The notes under the pieces are model-generated. The model made no database searches. It was not told the origin of the DNA and was given only the letters and a program-made list of their open reading frames with translations. Below, piece after piece: positions 49,852 to 59,694 of a stretch of 64,000 nt of DNA (within the stretch, counting starts at the first letter, position 1; the number at the start of each line of letters is the position of its first letter). The stretch comes from Somniosus microcephalus. Lineage: Eukaryota. The position numbers and the translations under genes were made by a program. The stretch covers positions 90,458,001 through 90,522,000 of the forward strand of contig CM126203.1 of assembly GCA_052327205.1 (NCBI GenBank), written 5' to 3'.

Positions 49852-50811
49852 CCAAACCATCATCAACACCTTCACCGAAGTGTATGAGAGCATGGGCCTT
49901 ACACTAAACATCCGTAAGACAAAGGTCCTCTACCAACCTGCCCCCGCCACACAGTACTGCCCCACGATTATCAAAATCCATGACAAGGCCTTGGACAACA
50001 TGGACCACTTTCCATACCTCGGGAGCCTACTGTCAACAAGGGCAGACATCGATGACGAAGTCCAACACCGCCTTCAGTGTGCCAGTGCAGCCTTTGGTCG
50101 CCTAAGGAAGAAAGTGTTTGAAGACCAGGACCTCAAGCCCGGCACCAAGCTCATGGTCTACAGAGCAGCAGTGATACCCGCCCTGCTGTATGCCTCAGAG
50201 ACATGGACCATGTACAGCAGGCACCTCAAAGCACTGGAGAGGTACCACCAATGCTGCCTCTGCAAGATCTTGCAAATCCATTGGCAGGATAGGCGCACCA
50301 ATGTCAGTGTTCTCGCTCAGGCCAACATCCCCAGCACTGAAGCTTTTACCACGCTCGATCAGCTCCGATGGACGGGTCACATGGTCCGCATGCCCGATAT
50401 GAGACTCCCAAAATAAGCGCTCTACTCGGAGCTCCGGCACGGCCAGAGAGCCCCAGGTGGGCAGAGGAAACGCTTCAAGGACACCCTCAAAGCCTCCTTG
50501 AAAAAGTGCAACATCCCCACTGACACCTGGGAATCCCTGGCCCAAGACCACACAAAGTGGAGGAGAAGCATCCGGGAAGGCGCTGAACACCTCGAGTCTC
50601 TTCGCTGGGAGCAAGCGGAAGCCAAGCACAAGCAGCACAAGGAGCGCACGTCAACCCAAGCACTCCACCCGCCCGCCCCTTCAACCACCGTCTGCCTCAC
50701 CTGTGACAGAGAATGTAGGTCCCGCATTGGACTCATCGGTCACCTCAGAACCCATTTTTAATGTGGAAGCAAGTCATCCTCGGTTCCGAGGGACTGCCTA
50801 AGAAGAAGAAG
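49852..50811 (+). mobile_element. 5'-truncated RTE-clade LINE
   Basis: ORFs 49880-50416 and 50498-50761 (GLTLNIRKTKVL, FPYLGS, C-terminal CxxC...HLRTH finger); (AAG)n tail; 13-bp TSD GATGTTTCAGTGT (49839-49851, 50812-50824). Confidence 0.92.
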
Positions 50812-52114
50812 GATGTTTCAGTGTTGTATCATCGCATTCCTCTGAATATACAGCATTCCTCTGAATATACAGTATTGCTTTAATGTACTTTTCAGAAGGT
50901 TAAAGTGTCCCTTTATTGTAGATAAGTCAATTACTGTATTTGAAAATGCCCAAATGCATTGTTTCTTTGTATTTAGTAGTTTAGGATACACATAGGGAAA
51001 TATTATGGGGAACCATTACATAGAAACATAGAAAAATAGGAGCAGGAGTAGGCCATTCGGCTCTTCAAGCCTGCTGCCCCATTCAATATGATCATGGTTG
51101 ATCCTCTATCTCAATATCATATTCCCGCTCTCTCCCCATACCCCTTGATGCCTTTTGTGTCTAGAAATCTATCTATCTCCTCCTTAAATATATTCAATGA
51201 CTTGGCCTCCACAGCCTTCCACAGGTCCATTACCCTCTGAGTGAAGAAATTTCTCCTCATCTCAGTCCTAAATGTCCTACCCCGTACCCTGAGACTGTGA
51301 CCCCTCGTTCTAGACCCCCCAGCCAAGGGAAACATCCTCCCTGCATCCAGTCTGTCTAGCCCTGTCAGAATTTTATACGTTTCAATGAGATCCCCTCTCA
51401 TTCTTGTAAACTGCAGTGAATACAGGCCTAGACGACCCAATCTCTCCTCATATGACAGTCTTGTCATCCCAGGAATCAGGTGAACCTTCGCTGCACTCCC
51501 TCTATGGCAAGTATATCCTTTCTTAGGTAAGGAGACCAAAACGGCACACAGTACTCCAGGTGTGGTCTCACCAAGGCCCTGTACAACTGTAGTAAGACAT
51601 CCTTGCTCCTGTACTCAAATCCTCTTGCAATGAAGACCAACATGCCATTTGCCTTCCTAACTGCTTGCTGCACCTGCATGTTTGCTTTCAGTGACTGGTG
51701 TACAAGGACACCCAGGTCCCTTTGTACATCAGCATTTCCCAATCTATCACCTTTTAAATAATACTCTACCTTTCTGTTTTTCCTACCGAAGTGGATAACT
51801 TCACATTTATCCATGTTATACTGCATCTGCCATGTATTTGCCCACTCGCTCAACTTGTCTAAATCGCCTTGAAGCCTCTTTGCATCCTCCTCACAATTCA
51901 CAATCCCAGCTAGTTTCGTGTCGTCAGCAAACTTGGAAATATTACATTTGGTTCCCTCATCCAAATCATTGATATATATTGTGAATAGCTGGGGCCCAAG
52001 CACTGATCCCTGCAGTACCCCACTAGACACCACCTGCCACCCGGAAAAAGACCCATTTATTCCTACTCTGTTTCCTGTTTGTTAACCAATTTTCAATCTA
52101 TGCCATTATGCCAT

Positions 52115-52478
52115 GGGCAGCACGGTGGCATAGTGGTTAGCACTGTTGCCTCACAGCGCCAGGGACCCAGGTTCGAATCCGGCCTCGGGTGACTGTCTGT
52201 GTGGAGTTTGCACATTCTCCCCGTGTTTGCGTGGGTTTCCTCCGGGTGCTCCGGTTTCCTCCCACAGTCCAAAGATGTGCGGGTTAGGTTGATTGGCTAT
52301 GATAAAGTGACCCTTAGTGTTAGGGAGATTAAATACGTGGGGTTACGGGGATAGGGTGGGATATGTGTTGGTGTAGGGGTTACAGGGATTGGGTGGGATA
52401 TGTGTCGGTGCAGGCTCGATGGGCCGAAATGGCCTCTATCTGCACTGTGGGGTTTCTGTGATTTCTGTGATCTGTGAT
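52115..52478 (+). mobile_element. HE1-type V-SINE
   Basis: tRNA-like head (TGGCATAGTGG, GGTTCGAATCC), V-domain TGTGGAGTTTGCACATTCTCCCCGTG...CCTCCGGGTGCTCCGGTTTCCTCCCACA, CR1-derived tail GGGCCGAAATGGCCT plus TTCTGTGA repeats. Confidence 0.9.
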
Positions 52479-52859
52479 TATATTACCCCCAATCCCATGG
52501 CCTAGAAATTCAGTATCGCCATGTTTGGGGTGCTACAGCCGGGCGTTTGCTAAATTTAGCGCCCGGCGCAACTTAGCGCCACCTTCGCCGAAATTGAGTT
52601 CCATCGCCCCAAGAGGTTGCTGCTGCGCTAAAGCAGGCGATGCACGACTATCACAAGGCGCTAAGCCGGCGAGCCGAGGCGCTAACACCGAGGGCGGGCG
52701 CAGCGCAGGTGCGGCGAGTTGCTGATTGAAGGCAGACACGCTGGCGCCGGTCAGCTCTTAAAGGGGGAGGGTGGACTTGTTTGGCTGCCATGCCCTGCAC
52801 ACTGCAGCCCTGAAGCAAGACCTGACCATTGTTGGATCATCATTTCTACGCCAAGGACC

Positions 52860-54995
52860 ATGCAGAAGGCTAGGGAACGAGCGGAGCGCTTCAGCGAGGG
52901 TGCCCTGAGGCTACTGGTTGACGCAGTAGAGCGCAGGCGACCTGTCCTCTTCCCTGACAGTGGGAGGAGGCCGCTTCCCAGTGAATACCGAAAAGCCTGG
53001 AGGGAGGTGGCGAACAGGGTGACCACCAACAGCATGGTTGCCAGGACTCCACTTCAATGCAGGAAAAAGTTCAACGACCTCACTCGGGTTGTCAGGGTGA
53101 GTACCCTTTCCACTATCCTGTTCATCCCTGCATGTGCACCTCAGTTTCTGGCCAAAGGGACCTGAAAGCCCCAATGCCCAGCCCTCATCCAAGAGCTATG
53201 GGATTCTCATGAAAACCACTTGCACATTCAGCACTTTACACACTGTCAGGGCTATTCCACCATGGGAGGCAGTACAGGCAAGATGAGGGCTTGACACTGT
53301 CAGGGCTATTGCACCATGGGAGGCAGTGCAGGCAAGATCAGGGCTTGACACTGTCAGGGCTATTCCACCATGGGAGGCAGTGCAGGCAAGATCAGGGCTT
53401 GACACTGTCAGGGCTATTCCACCATGGGAGGCAGTGCAGGCAAGATCAGGACTTGACACTGTCAGGGCTATTCCACCATGGGAGGCAGTGCAGGCAAGAT
53501 GAGGGCTTGACACTGTCAGGGCTATTCCACCATGGGAGACAGTGCAGGCAAGATCAGGGCTTGACACTGTCAGGGCTATTCCACCATGGGAGGCAGTGCA
53601 GGCAAGATCAGGGCTTGACACTGTACTTAGAGGCCATCCTTTCTCTTGCAGGGCAAGCTGGCCCACAATCGCAGGCAGCAGTGACGGACCGGGGCAGGCC
53701 GTCCTGACCTGAAAGAGTTCAATGACCTGGAGCTGCGTGTGGCGCGCATTGTGGCAGGCCGGCTGATTGGCCCCATCACCAGTGGCGATGCCGACCCTGT
53801 TCTGGACAGCAATGGTAAGGTCATCACCTTTTTGACCTCTCTCTTTCCACTTGTGCCTCACACCAGCATCCTTTGCCACTATCGAACCAATGCAGTGCAT
53901 AGCAGCACTCATGCCTCCCTCGCTGCCGCCCTGTCCTCGCTCTAAAGCAACTTTTGTGCCTCCCTGCTTTCAGATGCTGATTCACCAGGTGAGGAGGCAG
54001 GCCCTCAAGATGCCACTGTCAGTGATTCTGAATTCGAGGAGGAAGAGGAAGCCGGCCCATCAGTGCCACCCTCAGCCGAGGCAGCCCATGGCCATGATGG
54101 GGACATGTCTTCCCTGGAGGGGAGCAGGGGGGAAGGGTCTGAGGAGAGTGAAGCTCCGGGGCCCAGTGGGCTGCAGCAACGCGGGAGGGGTGGGGAAGCT
54201 CGGCGGTCTTCTCCCCGGAGGGTGAGTGCAGCCTCCAGTCCTGCTACGGTGAGCGCAGAGGACGTGCGGCTCCTTGGTGAAATGGGCGCCCAGGCTGAGT
54301 GCAGGCACACTGAGCTCATGGCTGCATTGGCAAGGATGCCTGACTCCATAGAGTCACTGGCAAGAAGTGCTCAGGAATTCATGGCAGCACAGGCCAGGAG
54401 TCTGCAAGAATTCAGTGCAGCACAGGCCAGGAGTCAGCAGGACTTCGCTGCATCACAGGCGGCTTCCAGCCAAGTGCTCAGTCGTGCCGTGCATTCACTG
54501 GCTGGTCTGATGCAGACACAGATCAGGGCCACATGGGCACTAACTGCTGCCACCCTTGCTGCATTGGCCAGGCAGCGCTGGGGCCCTCGCTGCGCCGCAG
54601 CAGCCCAGCAGTCTGTGCTTCAGCAGATTGCTGCGCATGCTGCAGTGCTGGCCCGTGCGAGTGCCAGTGTATCAGCTGACCAGGGAGTGCCTGTGCTCTG
54701 TCAGGTTGGCAGCATTCCTGCAGCCAACACTGTCACTCCTCCACTGCAGCTGCCACCACCCATAGGACAGACTGCTGCCGCCCAAGCAGAGTTGAAGCAG
54801 TCAGCAGCCGGGCCATCCAGGCCCAGAGCTGGTCCAGGCCGTCCCCCAAGGGCATCTGGTGTCTCACCATCTGACCCTCAGCAGCCTTCCCCCAGCCTTG
54901 CTGCAGCCACTGGGGTCCCATTGAGGAGGAGCTGCAGGGCGGGAAGGGGCCATTCGCGGAAGCGAGGCGGATCACCCTCACAGGGGAAAAAGTAG
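52860..54995 (+). pseudogene. Harbinger Myb/SANT-like DNA-binding protein; predicted exons 52860-53096, 53652-53814, 53974-54995
   Basis: Exon 1 has RFSEGALRLLVDAVE...AWREVANRV...RTPLQCRKKFNDL; GT-AG sites (GTGAGT, TTGCAG, GTAAGG, TTTCAG) join in phase; exon 2 has KLAHNRRQQ*RTGAG with one TGA at 53682-53684; 473 codons in total. Confidence 0.85.
53238..53625 (+). repeat. 54-bp minisatellite, about 7 copies, in Myb-gene intron 1
   Basis: Unit CACTGTCAGGGCTATTCCACCATGGGAGGCAGTGCAGGCAAGATCAGGGCTTGA. Confidence 0.95.
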
Positions 54996-55359
54996 AAGGT
55001 GTGGCCAAATGTTGTGTTTATATATGAAGGCCGAGAATTTTTTTTAATATATGAAGGCCGAGACTGTTGTGTTTGTTTTTTATATGAAGGCCGAGGGTCA
55101 TGGTCATTTTTGTTTAACTATTTTTTTCATTTTCTGAAGGTTGTGAGAGCCAGTTATGTCTCTGACTGTTTTTTGGGGGGTTTATCTGAATTAGTTTGTC
55201 ATGCGGGAAGGGCACAGAGTTTGCACAGTAAAAAATTTTCTTTAATCACATTGTCCATGTTTGCACTTTGAACTATTTGTTGCCTTGACCGGCTGAGGGC
55301 TTGTGGGGTGGCTCCATTCATGTTCTTTCATTGGCACAAGCCATTCCCTGCGAGGGGGC

Positions 55360-56484
55360 CTAGAACCGAGTTGCAATAAGCCGCCGACGGACGGCCCTTG
55401 CACTTTGTGCCTCCCTCCCGTCTTGGTGCTCCTCCTCCTCCTCCTCCTCCTCTGGTGGTCCTCCAATATCTGCTGGCAGTGGCTGAGTCCTGACGATAGC
55501 CAGGTTGTGCAGCATGCAGCACACTACAATGAAATGGGAGACTCGCTCAGGCGAGTAATGTAGGGCTCCTCCGGAACGGTCCAGACAGCGGAACCGCTGC
55601 TTGAGCACACCGATTGTGTGCTCAATGATGTTCCTGGTAGCTTGATGGCTGTCATTGTATCACTCTTCAGCAGGGGTGCTGGGCGCACGGAGCGGGGTCA
55701 TCAGCCAGGTGCACAAAGGATAGCCTTTGTCCCCGAGAAGCCATCCTCGTGGGTGAGCCTGGGCTTCGAAAATGTCTGCCACAGAAGTCTGGCGCAGGAT
55801 GAAGGCAAATTGGCTGCTGCCTGGAAAGCGGGCATTGACAGCAAGTATGAGCTGCCTGTGGTCACACACCAACTGGACGTTGAGCGAATGGTAGCCCTTC
55901 CGGTTGCGGTAATCCTCGGCATTCTCTAGAGGTGCCCCCAAAGCCACATGCGTGCAGTCAATGGCGCCCTGGACCATGGGGAAGCCCGCTATTCCTCCAA
56001 ATCCCATTGCATGCTCTTGCTGCTTGTCCAGGGTCATGGAGAAGGAGATGTACTGACGTCTCCTTCTGAAAAGGGCATTGGTCACCTGGCGGATGCAGAA
56101 ATGTACCGCGAACTGGGAGATGTTGGCAATGTCCCCAGTAGCAGATTGGAAGGAGCCGGTAGCATAGAAGTTGAGAGCCACCATCACCTTCACTGCCACC
56201 GACAGAGACGTCCTGCTCCTCAGCTGTGGCTGCAGATCTCTGCAAAGCAGGTGGCAGATCTCAGTGACCATCTCCCTTCTGAATCGCAGCCTCCGAACAC
56301 ACTGCTCCTCAGACTTGTTCAGATATGAGAACTGCTGGCGGTATACCCTGGGTGGGTAAGGCCTCCTGTGCCGACGCCTGTTGGCCCTTCTCCGCCTGGC
56401 CATGACTGGCACTCTCTCATGGTGTCTCTGAGCCCTTTGAATTCAATGCAGTAAGCCAACGTTTCCATCCATTGCAGCCCCCAT
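55360..56484 (-). pseudogene. Harbinger (HARBI1-like) DDE transposase with two in-frame stops
   Basis: One frame from ATG 56484; motifs FYATGSFQ, GAIDCTH, NRKGYHSLNVQLVCD, GDKGYP, RNIIEHTIG, LKQRFRCL, CCMLHN; TGA at 56443-56445 and 55660-55662. Confidence 0.93.
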
Positions 56485-57372
56485 TATATGTGGCGACTCA
56501 AGGCTATGGCACTGAAAGTTAAATCCAAGTGCAAAGCTCTGGCCTGAAGCCAGAAGTACCTGTGCGAGTGCTGAGTCAAAGCAGAAAGCTCTCTCCCTTT
56601 GTCTCTCTCCAAATATCCGTCTCTCACACAGAAGGATTGTCACAAAATGGCTGCCACTTTTAATGCAGGAGGAGTCCCCTTTAAATAGCGCTCCCCGCGC
56701 CCCGCAGCAACTGGGAACCATTCCCCTCTACCAGTCGCTGGGGGCGCCAGGCGCACAGAAGGCCGGCACCACTGAAGTTCTGGTTCGGGGCGCACCAAGG
56801 GCGTTGCACCATGAAATGACGTCAGGATCTGCACGCGCAGCTGAGTGGGCGCTGCGGTTTAGCGCCACCGCTAAATCTTGAGTGAAGTTCGCAAGAGGCG
56901 CAGATCGCGTCACACCCGGGCGCTAGCCGCTTAGCGCCCCACTTCTCCTCCTCCTAAGGCGCTAGCGGCTGGCGCTAACAACTGAATTTCTAGGCCCATG
57001 TGTTTTAATTTTGCACACTAACCTCTTAAATGGGACTTTATCAAAGGCCTTCTGAAAATCCAAATACACCACATCCACTGGTTCTCCCTTATCTATTCTA
57101 CCAGGTACATCCTCAAAAAACTCCAGTAGGTTTGTCAAACACAATTTCCTGTTCATAAATCCATGTTGACTTTGTCTAATCCCGTTGATATTTTCTGAGT
57201 GTCCTGTTATCACATCCTTTATAATAGACTCTAGCATTTTCCCTACTACTGATGTTACCCGCACCCTCCTTTCATACATCTCACTATTCTAACAGAAACT
57301 GTTACATCAAATGTGCAATGAAATCAGAGTGACAGAAGGTAGGCTATGATTACACCTATCAATAACTGCAAT

Positions 57373-57920
57373 ATTGTGCAGTTTTGGTCACCTTATCTGA
57401 GGAAGGATGTTCTTGCCATGGAAGGAGTTCAGCGAAGATTCACCAGGCTGATACCTGGGATGGCAGGAATGACGTATGAGGAAAGATTGGGTCGATTGGG
57501 CTTGTACTCGCTGGAGTTTAGAAGAATGAGAGGGGATCTCATTGAAACTTATAAAATTCTGACAGGACTAGACAGACTAGATGCAGGAAGAATGTTCCCG
57601 ATGGTCGGTGAGTCCAGAACCAGGGGTCACAGTCTAAGGATAAGGGGTAGGCCATTTAGGACAGAAATGAGGAGGAATTTCTTCACCCAGAGAGTGGTGA
57701 ACCTGTGGAATTCTCTACCACAGAAGGCAGTAGAGGCCAATTCATTAAATATATTCAAGGAGTTGGATATATTTCCCAAGGCTAAAGGGATCAAGGGGTA
57801 TGGGGAGAAAGCAGGGACCGGGTACTGAATTTGGATGATCAGCCATGATCTCATTGAATGGCGGAGCAGGCTCGAGGGGCCGAATGGCCTACTCCTGCTC
57901 CTATCTTCTATGTTCCTATG
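57373..57920 (+). mobile_element. CR1 LINE 3' stub
   Basis: ORF 57346-57828 (RT C-terminus) and TTCTATGTTCCTATG tail. Confidence 0.92.
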
Positions 57921-58371
57921 TAATATATAAAGTGTCACCATTGCTTCAGAAAGTCCACTTGTGTTGCAAATTATAACATTCTTCAGAGGGAGGAGGGTGG
58001 AGGCTTCATTAAAATGTCAGGAACTGTAAGCTTTCACTATAGTTCAGAGATTAAATTGAAAATTTGTTTATGATAATGTTGTTACAACTGCAAGGCCATT
58101 GAGGGTTTCCCAAACTAGAGTTTAGAATCCTTCCACCTACAGCAAGCAGATGGATCTGCTCTACATGACATGGTCATTAATACACTTGAACTGGGCAGAG
58201 CACTTGACTAAGAGTAAGCTCCGAGTTGAACCGTTAACCTCTGGAGGGGCCTCCATGTCTAAAACAAACCACTGAAGAAAACGACATTAGCAGTAGTCCC
58301 CTATAATCATTCGAGCATTAATGAAGACATTTTTATGTTCTTTGGAGCTGTGATACTGCAGTGCCACAATA

Positions 58372-58820
58372 AAGGTAGACTATCCTTTATCCGAAAACCT
58401 CGGGACCAGCCGTGTTTTGGTTTTCGGAGAGTTTCGGATTTCGGAAGGTGGGTCGGCAGGGGTCCGCGGGGGGGTCGGCGGGGGGTCGTGCGCACGGCCC
58501 CCCGCGGACCCCCGCCGGCCCCGACCCCCGCCGACCCCCCCGCGGACCCCCGCCGGCCCCGATCCCCGCCGACACCCCCGCCGACCCCCCCGCGGACCCC
58601 CGCCGGCCCCAACCCCCGCCAACCCCCCCGCCGACCCCCCCGCCGGCCCCGACCCCCGCCGACCCCCCCACCGACCCCCCCGCGGACCCCCGCCGGGGCC
58701 GACGGGGGATCTGCGAGGGGTCGTGCGCACGACTTACGCTGGACTTACGCTGACCGAAAAAACCTTCGGTTTTTAGAGGGTTTCGGTTTTCGGAAGTCCG
58801 GATAAAGGGTAGTCTACCTG
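58372..58820. mobile_element. Tc1/mariner (Tigger/pogo-like) MITE with internal GC-rich repeats
   Basis: TIR (C)AGGTAGACTA(C/T)CCTTTATCCG, TA at both flanks, subterminal TTTCGG repeats; termini resemble my recollection of Tigger4/MER46-type ends. Confidence 0.8.
58455..58730. repeat. C-rich minisatellite of about 38 bp with an inverted G-rich copy
   Basis: CCCCCCGCGGACCCCCGCCGGCCCCGACCCCCGCCGAC units preceded by their reverse complement. Confidence 0.85.
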
Positions 58821-59694
58821 TATTTTCTGATGCAATCTTAAATGTAGCTTTATAAGTTATATTGGTCTGCTCATGTAGTGCTTTTCTCGTTACCTCCCCC
58901 CACACCTCATCCACAATTATTGGCCAGAGGAGGGGGAGGCCTCTGCCAGTACAGCTCTGTGAATGGCTGTTTAGAGATACTTGAGAGGGGCTGGGGTGGC
59001 TCTCCGCCTGACTTTACCTCCAGGGGTCCATCTGGCCTGCGCCCGGCAACATAGCTGGCAGGATTCACCATGTGGGAGCTGTTGGTAATAAGCCGAGTCC
59101 TAGCAGAGCTCCAACAATTTGCAGCACTGCCCAGAAAACCCTCTTTCTCCAATCTCTCAAAGTGTTAAGTTACTTTAATAAAGGATATCGCACAAATTAT
59201 AAATTCAGCTTACAAACCATCAGCTGTTTGGACTGAGCTGTGCTCCCACAGGGCGCTGAAAGAGAACTGGTTGCAGACTTGATGCTAACATCAGCCAAGG
59301 AAATACTTGTCTGGTGATAAAGGTAACAGGAGTCTTGAAACATGATTGCAGGGATAAATCAGAAAAAGAAGATACATGAGTATGTAAAAAGGTCATTTAT
59401 CTAAGTGGAGGGTGATAAATGTAGAAGTAAAATGAAAGGATTGATGGCATCCTGCAACATCAGCACTGTCAATAGGTCAAGAGATGTTTTGGTGCTAATT
59501 ACTATCAGGAGAATTACAATGTGACATCCCTAATTGCTAAAATAACATAACACATACCTAGACTCTGGTGCCATTGTGTTCCAGACTCCTCCATGACATC
59601 CAACACCAATCTTGTTCTATGCTCTGCTAAAGCCAGGAAGCTTGCCTGCTTAGAAAATTGTAATGGCCTTTAACAAAGCTGTATTTAACAGTAA

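Larger units (their letters stand above)
52499..56996. mobile_element. Two-gene PIF/Harbinger DNA transposon (4498 bp), structurally complete
   Basis: Perfect 16-bp TIR GGCCTAGAAATTCAGT; 3-bp TSD CAT (52496-52498, 56997-56999), confirmed by the reconstituted host LINE; convergent Myb-like and transposase genes. Confidence 0.96.
51017..57256 (-). mobile_element. CR1 LINE (third subfamily) split by an HE1 SINE and the Harbinger element
   Basis: RT pieces at 56997-57256, 52479-52498 and 51017-52113 rejoin into one sequence (ORFs 56962-57279, 51476-52033, 51117-51539). Confidence 0.92.

Noticed and set aside
52115-52190. tRNA gene
   Set aside because: The A/B boxes run directly into the V-domain and LINE-derived tail, so it is a SINE head.
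53196-53912. 238-aa and 138-aa repeat-protein ORFs; CRISPR-like appearance
   Set aside because: A tandem 54-bp array with no unique spacers, inside a predicted intron, in vertebrate DNA with no cas genes.
55360-56484. Host HARBI1 gene
   Set aside because: It lies within TIRs and a TSD inside a LINE and has stops, so it is a transposon copy, not the domesticated gene.
58307-58914. Pro/Gly-rich ORFs
   Set aside because: Artefacts of the C-rich array in the Tigger-like MITE.
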